NCBI GenBank assembly: GCA_951406725.2
Contig: OX597820.1
Location: forward strand, 126,108,001 to 126,172,000
Length of the DNA stretch: 64,000 nt
Direction of reading: 5' to 3'
From: Octopus vulgaris
Taxonomy: Eukaryota
Part shown: piece after piece, positions 1 to 12,789 of the stretch
How the letters are laid out: the number at the start of each line of letters is the position of its first letter
Numbering within the stretch: position 1 is the stretch's first letter
Notes under the pieces: model-generated
Seen by the model: the letters and a program-made list of their open reading frames with translations, nothing else
The model's database searches: none
Told to the model about the DNA's origin: nothing
Program-made: the position numbers and the translations under genes

Positions 1-590
1 TTAAAAGTCTCATCCCCATATATAAAAATTAAAAATCTCTAAAAATTTCTGATGTCATCGTTTCTAAAAAATGGACACTGAAACATGGTATGACATCATT
101 TTTAAAAATAGCCAAGTAACTACTAATTCTATCCACAGGAATGTATATGAAGGACAAAATGTAACCATTCAACAACAGTTGAAACCAATGAACACAACTG
201 TCATCACAACCATATGAACCTGAATATTGCCTAAATGCAAGAAAGTAAACTAGTTCAATAACAATGGACATTTAATATTTCATTTGTTCATTAAGAATAG
301 GCAATTAATACTTCATTTCATTTCTTTTTACTCTATTATTTTTGACATTTCTGTCATACACGAACTCTATTGATCACCCCCGCTTTTTTTTTTCTTCTTT
401 CTCGATCCCTTTTGATTGGAATTCGAACCATTTTTCTTTCTCTTCTTCCCAAAAAGAAAAGCTCTACTTTGTATTTTGTCCCTTCTGTGGGACTAATAAA
501 GAAATCTATTTTATATCTCATATTAATAATATAAGAGTTGGAATTCCTTTGAGTAATATATTCTTCTATACACAATCATACAAACCACTT

Positions 591-595
<5 letters not shown>
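1..595 (+). mobile_element. Possible degraded PLE 3' end (GIY-YIG C-terminus-like)
   Basis: Translation DTETWYDIIFKNSQVTTNSIHRNVYEG...QLKPMN weakly resembles PLE endonuclease C-termini; the segment ends in (TA)n. Confidence 0.25.
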
Positions 596-647
<52 letters not shown>

Positions 648-881
648 AATCCGAAAATGGAGATAACCTCAGATCAACAAATACATCAATTGGACCACAT
701 TTGTAGCTAATCATCTAATACAAAACATGAGATAACATTTTCTTCGTTATTCTGTTGTTATCTGTACTCTACGAGCATAGTGTGCCCGCATACCCACGCC
801 CAGAGGTAATATGAGTAGCGGATACCGATAGCATATACATATATTTTATCCCTTAGTCTGTTATTATAACCGCTAACTCTG

Positions 882-954
<73 letters not shown>

Positions 955-1029
955 ATATATATATATATATATATATATACATAATATATATATACATACA
1001 CATACACACACGTATATATATATACATAT

Positions 1030-1081
<52 letters not shown>

Positions 1082-1226
1082 AAAGCAATTAAGATTCAAG
1101 TGAGTTCTGTTGAATTCACATGAATTCGGTACTTAACTTAGATGCACCAGAAATCTATATGCTATTAACCATAAGATAATGCGGGGTGATTATAAACAAG
1201 AAAAAAGCAACAAAAATGGATCAATA

Positions 1227-1316
1227 TTTCGGTACAATTGTTTCGTACGAAGACCAGCTTTATTAAGGCTGCAAATATTGCAGTAAATATAAGTGACCCG
1301 TACTCATCAGCCGAAA
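1227..1316 (-). ncRNA. Type I hammerhead ribozyme (Penelope/retrozyme-like), copy 1
   Basis: Reverse strand reads TTTCGG-CTGATGA-GTACG...CGTAC-GAAA-CAATTG-TA-CCGAAA. Catalytic core intact, stem I TTTCGG/CCGAAA, stem II GTACG/CGTAC, palindromic ACAATTGT at stem III, GUA cleavage triplet. Confidence 0.88.
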
Positions 1317-1603
1317 AAACATCTGAGTTCTCCAAACATCTAAGGGAAAATGGAAATGTAAATCCATCCATATTGAAGTAAGTTTGAAATCAAACTTATT
1401 TCAATACGGATGGATTTACATTTCCATTTTCTGGGAAACTAAAAGGTTTTTTAAAATACTTTTTTAAGACCTGTTATATGGCTGTGCAATATCAAAGAAC
1501 TTTGGAAGTCCGTTTGTTATCTAAATCTGATTTTTATAGAACTATCCCTGATGTTTCAGGAGTGTAGCCTCACCCCCTTAGATGTTTGGAGAACTCAGAT
1601 GTT

Positions 1604-1693
1604 TTTCGGCTGATGAGTACGGGTCACTTATATTTACTGCAATATTTGCAGCCTTAATAAAGCTGGTCTTCGTACGAAACAATTGTACCGAAA
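1604..1693 (+). ncRNA. Type I hammerhead ribozyme, copy 2
   Basis: TTTCGG 1604-1609, CTGATGA 1610-1616, GTACG 1617-1621, CGTAC 1671-1675, GAAA 1676-1679, CAATTGTA, CCGAAA 1688-1693. Predicted cleavage after A1687. Identical to copy 1 over these 90 nt. Confidence 0.88.
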
Positions 1694-1826
1694 TATTGAT
1701 CCATTTTTGTTGCTTTTTTCTTATATATATATATATATATATAGGTACATATGGGCAGCTGAGTGGATGTATGGTTGCGTAAGGGTATGTATGTGTTATG
1801 TGTATATGTGCATGGGTGTGTATATG

Positions 1827-1862
<36 letters not shown>

Positions 1863-2117
1863 TACACACACATATACACACCCATGCACATATATCCACT
1901 CAGCTGCCCATATGTACCTACATGAATATATACATACACAAATACACATATGCGTATATACAGACACACACTTATATATATAAAAAATAACAGCTGCAAT
2001 TTCTGTAATTTATGCATCATTTGTTTGTATATAATATTAAATTGAATCGAATTTATAATTGTTCAATTTATTTTGTTTTCCATTTCTTATGTGTGTATGA
2101 GAGAGAGAGTGTGTGTA

Positions 2118-2153
<36 letters not shown>

Positions 2154-2743
2154 TCTGGGTGTGTATGTGTGTGTGTGTGTGCGCTGTCAGGTTTCTGCTC
2201 AGTTTGCGCTTACCATATTTAATTACAGAGCCTAACGGAACCTAACAATCTTAATGTTGATGCTAATTGTATTTCACAGGCGGAATTTTCTCAGGTTTTT
2301 GTTATTTTTCAAGCGATCTAGGATTTAGCCATTCTACAGGCAGAATAGGTGCACACCATCATCTCTATAGAGGCCTCATTCTAAACAAGAACTGTTTTGT
2401 GAAACAAATGTAGAATATAAATTCCCACTGACCAAAACTCCTTTGTTCCATTCTATTTACAAATAACTACATCGACAAGACCATGTCCTTTGCATGTAAC
2501 ACAAATGAATTGTGATGGCAAAGCAATGACAAAATTCAGCTGCCTACTTTTGCACTCTTTATAAAGTTGGAGCGTGATCCCCTAATGTAGCAACTATGTC
2601 AGTAGGAATACCGTTGTGGGCTAAACTCCTTTTCTGCTCGATAAAACCACGATGCCAAATTTTGCCCATTTTCAAGAGAAGTGGCAACTAATTATTACAT
2701 TTCAAGTCTTCTTTGGACAGGTAGATGTCATTTTATCTGAATG

Positions 2744-2797
<54 letters not shown>

Positions 2798-4489
2798 TGT
2801 ATGTATGTATGTATGTATGTACACGCACGCACACAAACAAAAGTGTTGGTTGAAAAATTCATAAGCTGTCCATGAAGGAGCGAAGAAGTGATAGTAAAGC
2901 TGTGAAGTATTGTATGCATTAATTATATAATATATATGTGTATGTGTGTGTGTAAGAGAGAAAGAGGGAGAGAGTACTCCGAAATATTAGCTAAATATTT
3001 CCCCTCCTTCTACATTTTCGTAAATAAAAAAGCGAAATATAATTTCCATCCTTAATACACATTCTTCGCCATAGTTTTGGACAAGTTTCAAATGTTCAAT
3101 TCGACGCTAACCACCAACATAAAAATATCTTTTAAACTTCAGATCAGAACTGTAATTTAATGCAAATTTATAAAATTTAAGATTATTTTTGTCAATGGAT
3201 GCGTCCACACCGATTCATAGAGACTTCCAATGAACACCTGTTTAAGGCGAAAACCGTTCTCAACCACATGGCTTCTGTCTTAGTCTTACTCATATCCAGG
3301 ACACATTATCGCAATGTTTTGTGTAGGAAGAAAACGGACCCCTCCCCCCCTCCACCGATTGTTGCGTGAAATGGGGACGAGCAAATCACTGAGTTTAATC
3401 AAGATTAAGATCATTTGAAATATTTAAAACTTACGCGACGAACGCCATAGCAACGAAGAGACTTGCAGAGTGCTCGAGTTTTTTCTCAAGAATGCACATA
3501 TAATCAAACCCTCTTTTTGTTGCAAACTGGGCAACTCCTATTGGCTATATTCCATTCATTAATCGATTTAGTTCAGCTTTTGTATTTTTCCCGTTGTTTC
3601 GGGTTCTGCATTGCTATTTCTACATAATATTCAGTTTACCAATTTATAAAATTTACGTTTTCACTACAGCATAAACGTTTTGAAAAAGTATCAGTTTTTT
3701 TCTATCTCAATAAAAATTAATTTTTGGTTGTAAAAAACGGTTGCTGTGAAAAAGAATGGACAAGTCGGAAAGATGTGGGCTTAGAAGTAATAATAGGTTT
3801 AACTGAACTTGGAAAATTACAGGACTAGAAGTAGAAGCTTTAAGAAATTACAGATGAAGTTGAAATTTTTAAAAATATATTTATATAAAATTCATTGAAA
3901 TATAGATTTTTAACTTCCTCTTTGAAGAAAACTCTCTGTAGGTGCTCCTATTTAATAAAAGATACTCGATGATGTGAGGGTGTTGATGTCTTGTATATAA
4001 AGAAATGTGGCTTGTCTGTCACAATTTTAAAAAGTTCGACTACCTTTTTCTCGAGTTTTTTCGGATTGTAGCTGACTTGTTATTTATATGTAGAGAAATA
4101 TGAGCTCATGTAGGGGAAGAGAATGCCTTTATATATATTCAACTTGCCTAATAAAACGGACAGCCATATCCTGTTACCTTCGAAATAAGAATATATTGCG
4201 CCGTGGCTTTATTGAGGTCTACCTTTCCCCCGCTAAAATATATGATAATTTACCCCTCTATGGACAAAGAAATCGCAGTCTGTCCCCATGAAACTCTGGA
4301 AATCCAACGATCTTGGGACTGCGATACTCTGAAACTCTCATCGCCACCATCACTCATCTATGAAAGTCTTCAAACAATCCTTACTTGTTTCTAATCCGAA
4401 CCACCCAAAACGAATATTATATAAAATCAAATTCCAACTTCAAATAAAGATATTTTTAAGCTTTGACATCTTGTCTCGATCAATGGAAA

Positions 4490-4750
4490 TGTCTGCTCAT
4501 CAAATTTACGTGCGGATGCTCTACAGCTATGCGTATCCTTAACGTAGTTCACAAATTGATTTAGCGTGACACGCAATGGGACGTGGCTGGCCACTTCAGT
4601 TACAGGTACAACTCATTTTTATCACCTGAGTGGACTGGGACAACGTAAAATAAAGAGTGTCTTGCTCAAGGGTACAACCCACCGCCAGGAATGAAACTTA
4701 CGAATTTACAATCGTGAGCTGGGTACCCTAACCATTTAACACCATGCTTT
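4490..4750 (-). mobile_element. Degenerate tRNA-derived SINE
   Basis: Head with CCTTGAGCAAGACAC; the 3' tail (ccttaacgtagtt...gcgtgacac) is shared with the SINE at 44696-45080. Confidence 0.75.
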
Positions 4751-5235
4751 CACACATACACACACGTTCATATATAGAAAGAGATACATACACACACACA
4801 CACACATACACACACACACACACATACACACACACACATACATACGTTTATGAATTGTGTTATAAGATTCCTGATGTGAAAGCGTGTGTTGAAACAGATA
4901 TTCTTTTATTTCGGGATGGTCATTTTCTATTTTTGGTAAACAAATACACACACTGTGTACTTGCTCTTCAGACGTTTATTACTATGTCTATTGTCCGGCC
5001 GATAAGAACAGTAACAAACGAGTGGAGAACGAATGTATGGTGCGTGTGATTATTTGGCAAAAAAAATGACCTTCCCGAAATACAACAATATGCATGTGTG
5101 TGTGTGTCTGTGTGTGTGTGTGCGTGTGTGTGTGCGCGTGTGTGTGTGCGTGCGTGTGTGTATCTATGACACTTATGTATAGGGAGACAGATAGCTATAT
5201 GTGGATAAATATATATATATATATATATATATTTT

Positions 5236-5277
<42 letters not shown>

Positions 5278-6239
5278 CGTAGCTTATCGTTCAGTTATTA
5301 ACATTCATTTTATGATTGATGCAAATCGTAAAGGCCTAAAAACTCTGCAATACATTCAGTATTCTGGTATTTCGCTATTACATAGTAATGCACTCGGTTC
5401 TTCTCAGCATGAAACTATAATTTTGTTTTTGTACCTCCTTTAGAAATAGAAATTGCTATCTAACGATGAATATAAAATACTGGCTTTGTTGGTATCATTA
5501 AAATTAGATTCAATCAAATGTATCTCCTTTTCCTATTAAATCTCACATCCACGAAGTGTTTAGCTAACGAAAGGATGTTAAAGAAATTGTCAAGGGTAGG
5601 ATATTGTCAATACCAGAACAGTGAAGAGAAATGTGCTGCTACTGTAAGAGGAGTGAGAGTTCAGAATTACAGCTGTTTAACTGCAGGGCGTCAGCAACAC
5701 AATTGTATCAAATTAGCCAGTGGACACAAGGCGCATCTATAACTGTTCAAGGGTCATTTATTGCCAATTTACTTTCTATTACAGTTCTAATTGAACAGCA
5801 TTTCATAGTTGGAAACTACTATTTGCTGTTCTGTACAAAATTTTTCAATGATCAAACTGGAATACGATTAGTTGCTGAGGTTTTCTTTTTATCTTGTTGT
5901 TACTATTATGCTTCGTCGATAAGTTATTTAAAAATAATGCATGATAATTAGTTTATGATAATACTTTCTTCTCTGCATTAAAAAATAATTTTTTGTACCG
6001 ATACTTAAATAACAGAATGAAAGTAGTAAAGTGCATTCAAAATATACTTAAAAGTTATACTCTTTGACTTTATTTCTGTTACGTGTACAGTTAGGAGAGA
6101 CGACATATGTACATGACATGTTAGTCCTCACCACCAGAGCAATAAATGTAATATCAGTTTTATAAACGTGTATATTCCTAATTATAATGGAAAGGCTTAA
6201 GGTAAAATAATTAGTTCGAATATAGTCACAAGAACTGAA

Positions 6240-6771
6240 ATTTTGGTTTGAAGGGGCGAGTGATAGATTACATGGACGCCAGTCTTTGACTAGTACTTAT
6301 TTTATCGACTTCGAAGAATAAAAGGCAAAATCGACCGCGGCAAGATTTGAACTCAGAACGTTAAGTTCGAAGAAATACCTATTTCTTTACTGCCCAGAAG
6401 GGGCTACACACAGAGGGGACAAACAAGGACAGAAAACGGATTAAGTCGATTTTATCGACCCCATTGCGTAACTGGTACTTCATTTATCGACCCCGAAAGG
6501 ATGAAAGGCAAAGTCGACCTCGGCGGAATTTGAACTCAGAACGTAGCGGCAGACGAACTACCTATTTCTTTACTACCCACAAGGGGCTAAACAAAGAGGG
6601 GACAAACAAGGACAGACATAGGTATTAAGTCGATTACATCGACCCCAGTGCGTAACTGGTTCTTAATTTATCGACCCCGAAAGGATGAAAGGCAAAGTCG
6701 ACCTCGGCGGAATTTGAACTCACAACGTAACGCAGACGAAATACCGCTAAGCACTTCACCAGCTCGCCACC
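6240..6771 (-). mobile_element. Trimeric tRNA-SINE array (Meta-domain-like core)
   Basis: Three units with B box GAGTTCAAAT and core GTCGACTTTGCCTTTCATCCTTTCGGGGTCGATAAA. Two young ~183-bp units followed by one diverged unit. Confidence 0.9.
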
Positions 6772-8657
6772 TTTGAAATTTTACTCCGTTTCATTTTCAC
6801 ACATCTTCAACGATGTTAATAAATAACACTTTTAAACAAATTGCTTTAATAAAAGTACAATAGTGAGTCCAGAAATGCAAGATACCGTTTCATACAGAGA
6901 CAGAAATTTGAAGTTCAAGAGGTACAATAGAATATGTTCATCCTGCTACAATTATTTGCTTTAGCTTGTCGCTCTTGCAGTGATCTGTTGTAAAAGCTAT
7001 CCCAGCTCGATTAGAACTGCATAATATGCAACTTAAGCTTTGTAAACACAGCAGAGCATTTTTTCTGTTGCTTTAATTCTGATAATCCACAACTGTGCAA
7101 AGAGGCCGAGATATTATCATTGTCCTGCGGCCATGCTGGAGTGTTTCCTTGAAGGATTTAACCGATCAGATCGCTGCACTGAAGAACCCAACGTTGAATG
7201 TCAAACGATGGCAGAAAAGTACAAAAGTACCTTTACACATATACATACTCACAAACACACACATACACACACACGCATGCACACACACACGCGCGCGCGC
7301 GCATGCACACACACACAAACGCACACACACACACACACATATGTATACATACATGCGTACGTCAGTGCGTACAAAGACACCAGAAGTTTCGGTCTCCGTA
7401 CTGTTTCTCACGATTAAATTAAATCCCAACTGCTCGGCCCGAGACCTTAGCAGAACGTACTTGACCAAAATACGCCGCTCTGGGGCTAAACCTTAAATCA
7501 CGTGGTCTTGAAGTGAATATCTTGACAGACAACAGACAAGTATGAGTTAGCTGGTGTTAAAAAAAACATAAGCGGTCTAATTTTGAATCTTCCAATTTCG
7601 ACACGCATCAGTAACACCATTGATAAGACTTAACTGTGCTGCCAGTTGCATCTAATGAACATTATAGAAAAACACATGATGTAGCAATTATTCATGAGGC
7701 ATACAGATGTCAGAGAGCGTAATTAGATGGGATGAGGAGAAATGCAAAAGAATCTTAAATATAAACTCGATATTATCTTTCCATTATCTGCACACACCTA
7801 CATACATCGCAGAATAAATTAAATACTATCAAATATTTTCAGAGCCTGTGAAAATTTTGCGATCACGTGGAAGTCATGGTTACATGAACATAATTAAATT
7901 TATAAACATATTTTATTGAATTATTGATAAATGCAGTAAAGAGCAGTAGTAATAGATCGGTTGATGAAATGCCTGGCAGTGTTTAGTAACGTCCCTTTTA
8001 TAGTGTATCTTCAAAACCCTGCGTAGCTCGACTTCGATGCAACCATGAAATAAGTACCTGTTAAAATAATTACCGAGTGTTATAAAAGCAAGTGTTCCCA
8101 TTCCAACTGTACGTGTAGCATTCACCTTATATTATAAATCAATAATATATTATTGGAGAGTTGAATTTGTGCAATATTCACACAACCCTATAGCGATTAT
8201 ATATTTTTAAAAGTAAATTTTTAGCAAATTAGAGAATCCTTTTAGAATGCCGTTATTGTTGTTGTAGTTATTATTACTGATGTTTGTCATACTTCTTGTT
8301 ATTACACAGTGCTATTATCAGTGAAGGCGAGCTGGCAGAATCGTTAATGTCGAGGAATTCTTTTTCTGTATTTCTATCGACTCCTTACGTTCTGAGTTCA
8401 AATTCTTCCGAAGTTTATTTTGCAGTTGATAAAATAAAACCCCGCTCAACATTTCTAAAAGAATTCTTATTATTGCTATTGTCGTGGTGACTGCTATTTG
8501 TTTTTGAGAGGTGTCTTTTTCTCCCAACCCTGTCATACATTTTCTTTTGTTAACAATTGGATATTTTCTTTTTGTTCTTCGTTGTCTTTCATATATATTG
8601 ATTGATTGATTGATTCTAGTTTCAGCTCATGAGCTGTGGCCATGCTGGGGCACCGCC

Positions 8658-8715
<58 letters not shown>

Positions 8716-8903
8716 AGGGAGAGTTTACGAAAAAGACAAAAGACGAAGACAGGTGGTGTACAAAACAAACAGATGTATTAGTATAGCGCTCATGAGTAGA
8801 AAAAGTCTTTTACGTTTCGAGCCTACGCTCTTTTACAGAAAGAGACACAGAAAAAACAAGGAGAGAAAAAAATGTGTGTAGTGGCTTACGATCTATCTTG
8901 GCG

Positions 8904-8905
<2 letters not shown>
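8716..8905 (-). mobile_element. Short PLE-like element in (TA)n with variant minimal hammerhead motif
   Basis: Flanked by (TA)n on both sides. Reverse strand 8843-8806 reads TCTTT-CTGTAAA-A-GAGCgtagGCTC-GAAA-CG-TA-AAAGA. Homologous copies at 55385-55685. Confidence 0.6.
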
Positions 8906-8965
<60 letters not shown>

Positions 8966-11127
8966 GTCGTAAAACAAGCCAACGAAGAAATTGTTAAACC
9001 AATGACCGGAATTAGATTTGTTTTGTTGGAGTAGTAAACATAACAATGATTATAAAGTTAATATTACACTGTTGCGTTTTTCAAAACATACAAGATAAAT
9101 AAAATTACATTAATGCTGGTCCAGTAAATAAGTGTAGGTCAGTCTTAACGTGAGAAGTGGAGTTCATATTTTACCTCATGTATTGGGAAAGGCTGAGCTG
9201 CTGAGTTCATACAGTGCACTTGAAACTTTTCTGTGCATAAATAATAAAAGAAGTTCTTGAAGTTTGAGTGGAGAAGCTCTCAGAAGAATTGGATTGTATG
9301 TTAACATTACTACTAAAATAAACGACATGGCTTACAAAGCAACTGATCTGTAATGGTTCGAGATGTATTGATGCGGATCTACTTAGATCTGAATGAATCT
9401 GATCATGAAATTTTGGTAGGGGAATGACATTTTCATAGCGTACACATTGTAAATTAATGTCCCTACATCTATATACTGTTAGATTTTTTTCTTTTCCTTT
9501 GACTGTTCTATGTATGAGTAGGTATACAAAAGTTGCATATAAATGTTTCTTATAATATTTACTTTTGATCTATATATGAAAATATCTAAACAAAAACAAC
9601 AATATTACAGCGTACAAATACAGTTTTGTTATATTCTCCATCGATCGTACTTTCTCAATTATGTTATACTTTTGTCGTTTAATATTTGAAGAATTAAAAG
9701 TGGTGGGTTGACAGAGCCATTAGCCTGTATTTCTACGTCTCCTTACGTTCTGGGTTAAATATTCCGAAATCAAATTTGCCTTTCATCTTTGCAGTGTCCA
9801 TAAGATAGAGTACCAGGGTGCTTGTAGAGTTTATATAGTCAGCTAACGCCCTACTCTCAAATTACTTACCCGCTCGCTTCAATTAGAAACACTATTTATC
9901 CATTAAAACCAGAGATGGATGGTTAGAACGACGGGTAAAAGTCTTAGCATTTTTTTTTCATATTTTCGTTATACCTTTAGTATAAGATCGAATCCAGCTG
10001 AGATTGGCTTTTCCCCCTTCCTCCTCATGAAGTCGATAAAGTGAATTTCCTGCGAAACATTGGAGTCTACTTAAGCAACTGTCATCCACCTCACTAAAAA
10101 AATCTGCAACCTCTGCCAATATTAGAAATAAATATCTCAAACATTTACAAAAGTATTCTCTCATATCTATTCTTTATCAGGCATTAAAATTGCTTAACGT
10201 TTAAACAATTCTCTCCCATACCAACAAATATTCAATTCTACATATTTACTTAGTTTATTCAATTGCTAAGGCTTCGGCACGTACAAGAGATTATACAACC
10301 GCTAAAGCTTTCATAAGAGGGAGAATATTGCAATTATCTCTCGAAACTGCCGATGAGAAAATATTTCTTAACTTAATAATGTTTCTATTTTTTCACTGGT
10401 TATTCCATCTTAATTGAGCTTCTATTTTTTCCAAACGCTGAAGGCGTCCACCATATCCCCAGTATAATGACTAGAAAGTAGCAAAGGAAAGATAAAAGCA
10501 GCAACATTAAGATGCTTTCGCCTACTTCTATATATATTACTGATATATATTTCTTTTTATAGAAAGAGATTTAGTTGAACCAATTGAAGAATTTGGAGCT
10601 TCTGTTTATTTTAGATTAGCAGGAATTTACTTGATTACTTTCGCGCGTTATTAACGAGGCATTGAATACCGGAATATATTAAGCTGCTTCATAGAAAAAG
10701 AAATATTCATCTTTTTTTAGTAGAAGACGAATCTTCTTTGGGAGGATTCCTACGTTTGATTTATGCAATTCTTATGTAATTTAGTAAAACCAAATTTAGA
10801 AATGAAATTATATGACAGAGATTCTCGATGTGATATTAATACTGAATAAATAATAATACAGAAGCACCATCCGTATTAAAAGCATTAGTTGAATTTTAAT
10901 AAATTTAATGAATGATCGTTGAAAAAAAAATCACTAGAAATAAATAATTATGCAGAAAGAAAAGCTTTCGCCGTAGATACTTCAAAGCGGTTCAGGAAAA
11001 CAAACTGGAATCAGTTCCCAGTTTAAATCACACTCAGTCACACCGACGCATAGTCAGATACAAAAACACGCATATATATTACACAAATGCATATACGTAT
11101 ATACATCACTCTTACTGTCTCTCGCTG

Positions 11128-11163
<36 letters not shown>

Positions 11164-11184
11164 ACTATATATATATATATATAA

Positions 11185-11286
11185 CTCTCCTTCTTCCCTT
11201 CCTTCCTGAGCGTCCAATAATACTATATTTGTTCCACGTCCTCGCGTTGTTATGTTTTCTCTTTGTGTTTTCATGTTTGGATTAAC

Positions 11287-11328
<42 letters not shown>

Positions 11329-11340
11329 ATCCAAAACATG

Positions 11341-11342
<2 letters not shown>
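11185..11342. mobile_element. PLE-like 3' end fragment plus short inverted copy around (TA)n
   Basis: ttcctgagcgt...aatac motif as in the 8.7-kb and 55-kb family. ttcatgtttggattaac (11270-11286) is mirrored by gttaatccaaaacatgaa (11325-11342). Confidence 0.45.
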
Positions 11343-11397
<55 letters not shown>

Positions 11398-11401
<4 letters not shown>

Positions 11402-12166
11402 CAGAAATACTCGGCGTTGCCCGGGTTAAAGAGAATAATGAAATTTTAAAATGTCGTCTAGATCACGCACGTCTCAGTTAATAGTAGCTGAGATACTAAT
11501 GTTCTACATTAGTAACTCTGTAACACATGCCAACAGGGAACATAGACGTTAAGTGAAATGATAAACGAAAATTTTCAACTCATTTGTGTATATAAATTAA
11601 ATACACGTAATTCAAAAACACGTTTTGTGTAGCTTATTTTGTAACCAAAAAACAGGTACAGATTATAAACAACGAAAAGCTGATTTTGGTGATTCCTTTG
11701 ACAGCCAATCCGATGACAAATCTGACTCTGGATCTTGAAAGTTTGCATGAATCCTGGCTAACAAATATCTTTGTGGCTCCAAATGATGTCATCTGTAGTG
11801 CACCGTTGTATTGCCTAATTTTGTTTTGAAAGTGCTTGGTCCGTTGATGACAACACTTTCTTCAGTGGCTCTGGCGGTTGGGAGATTGCAGGGAGTTTAA
11901 CCTTTCCACCGCTGCAGCATAGTGCAGGTGTTTCTCCAGGCAACCTCCTTGCTTTACAATGTAGGCACCCAGTTGTTATTGCACCAATGCAAACTTTAGT
12001 GTCAACTGCATAATGAACTGCTGGATCATAACTGAAAGTTGCTTCATAAAAGTTGCTTCTCTTAGCTTTTGCAACTGGTCTTTGTTCCGCAGTGGAGATC
12101 CTATTCCTTGTCAGCCGTGCATACCTCTGTTCATCCCCTCACGAAAGCCACGTGTATATTATAAGA
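11398..12166 (-). mobile_element. Internally deleted, non-autonomous Helitron
   Basis: Minus-strand 5' end TCTTATAATATA; 3' end with GC-rich hairpin CCCGGGCAACGCCGAG followed by CTAA (CTAG variant). Internal translation FSYDPAVHYAVDTKVCIGAITTGCLHCKARRLPGETPALCCSGGKVKLPAISQPPEPL...FMQTFKIQSQICHRIG matches the N-terminal Zn-binding region of Helitron RepHel. Confidence 0.85.
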
Positions 12167-12344
12167 ATAACAAGCAGTAAATGCTATTCCGGTCAGGAGT
12201 AAAAATAATTAAATTATTTTATTTTATTATATTTATTAATTCATAATAGAATATAAGGATAAAAATCACGTGAATGATTTTTATCAGGTAGTCAGCATGC
12301 TATAAAATTTTATAGACAATTTTTACATTATATTAGTAACAATG

Positions 12345-12390
<46 letters not shown>

Positions 12391-12789
12391 TATTAAAGGA
12401 GCAAGGGCGAAAAGAACGAACTATCTCCGGCATGCTTGAAGTGCGAATACCTTCAAAATACTACTAAAAACTCCAGATAAATATACATATGGCTGAAAGC
12501 GGACTATTGAAACAATATTAAAATGACATCTCGTTAATTGTGAACTGTTTCCGAATTCTGTCGTGAAGGGATTTAAAATTGAATCATCTTGGAGCTATAC
12601 GTGCAAATATTTGTACGTAGACGTGTGAACCTGCCTTCCACGGCATGTACAGTTATTTGGATTTATATTTCCTGTGTACTGTGTTGACGAATTTATATTT
12701 CCCGTGTATTGTGTTGGTTAGCCTGATCAAAAGTAGTTATCTCAGCTCGAAAAAATTAAGATTGAAGTAGTTGATACCTTAGAACCAAA

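Larger units (their letters stand above)
1079..1722. mobile_element. Penelope-like (PLE) pseudo-LTR fold-back inserted in (TA)n
   Basis: Inverted repeat 1198-1346 / 1575-1722 carries the hammerheads; central 42-bp hairpin at 1346-1431; both outer ends abut (TA)n. Inverted pLTRs with hammerheads are characteristic of PLEs. Confidence 0.65.

Noticed and set aside
760-845. GGTA...TACC-GATA hammerhead-like arrangement
   Set aside because: It has no CUGANGA core, no GAAA and no stem I.
2400-2730. Possible very old Helitron N-terminal remnant
   Set aside because: Only scattered residues (NDKIQLP, GQV) match, and no termini are visible.
4200-4470. Possible RTE RT remnant
   Set aside because: Similarity is too degraded to support by eye.
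6378-6771. Regularly repeated units resembling a CRISPR array or tRNA genes
   Set aside because: These are tandem SINE units with no unique spacers, no cas genes and no full cloverleaf.
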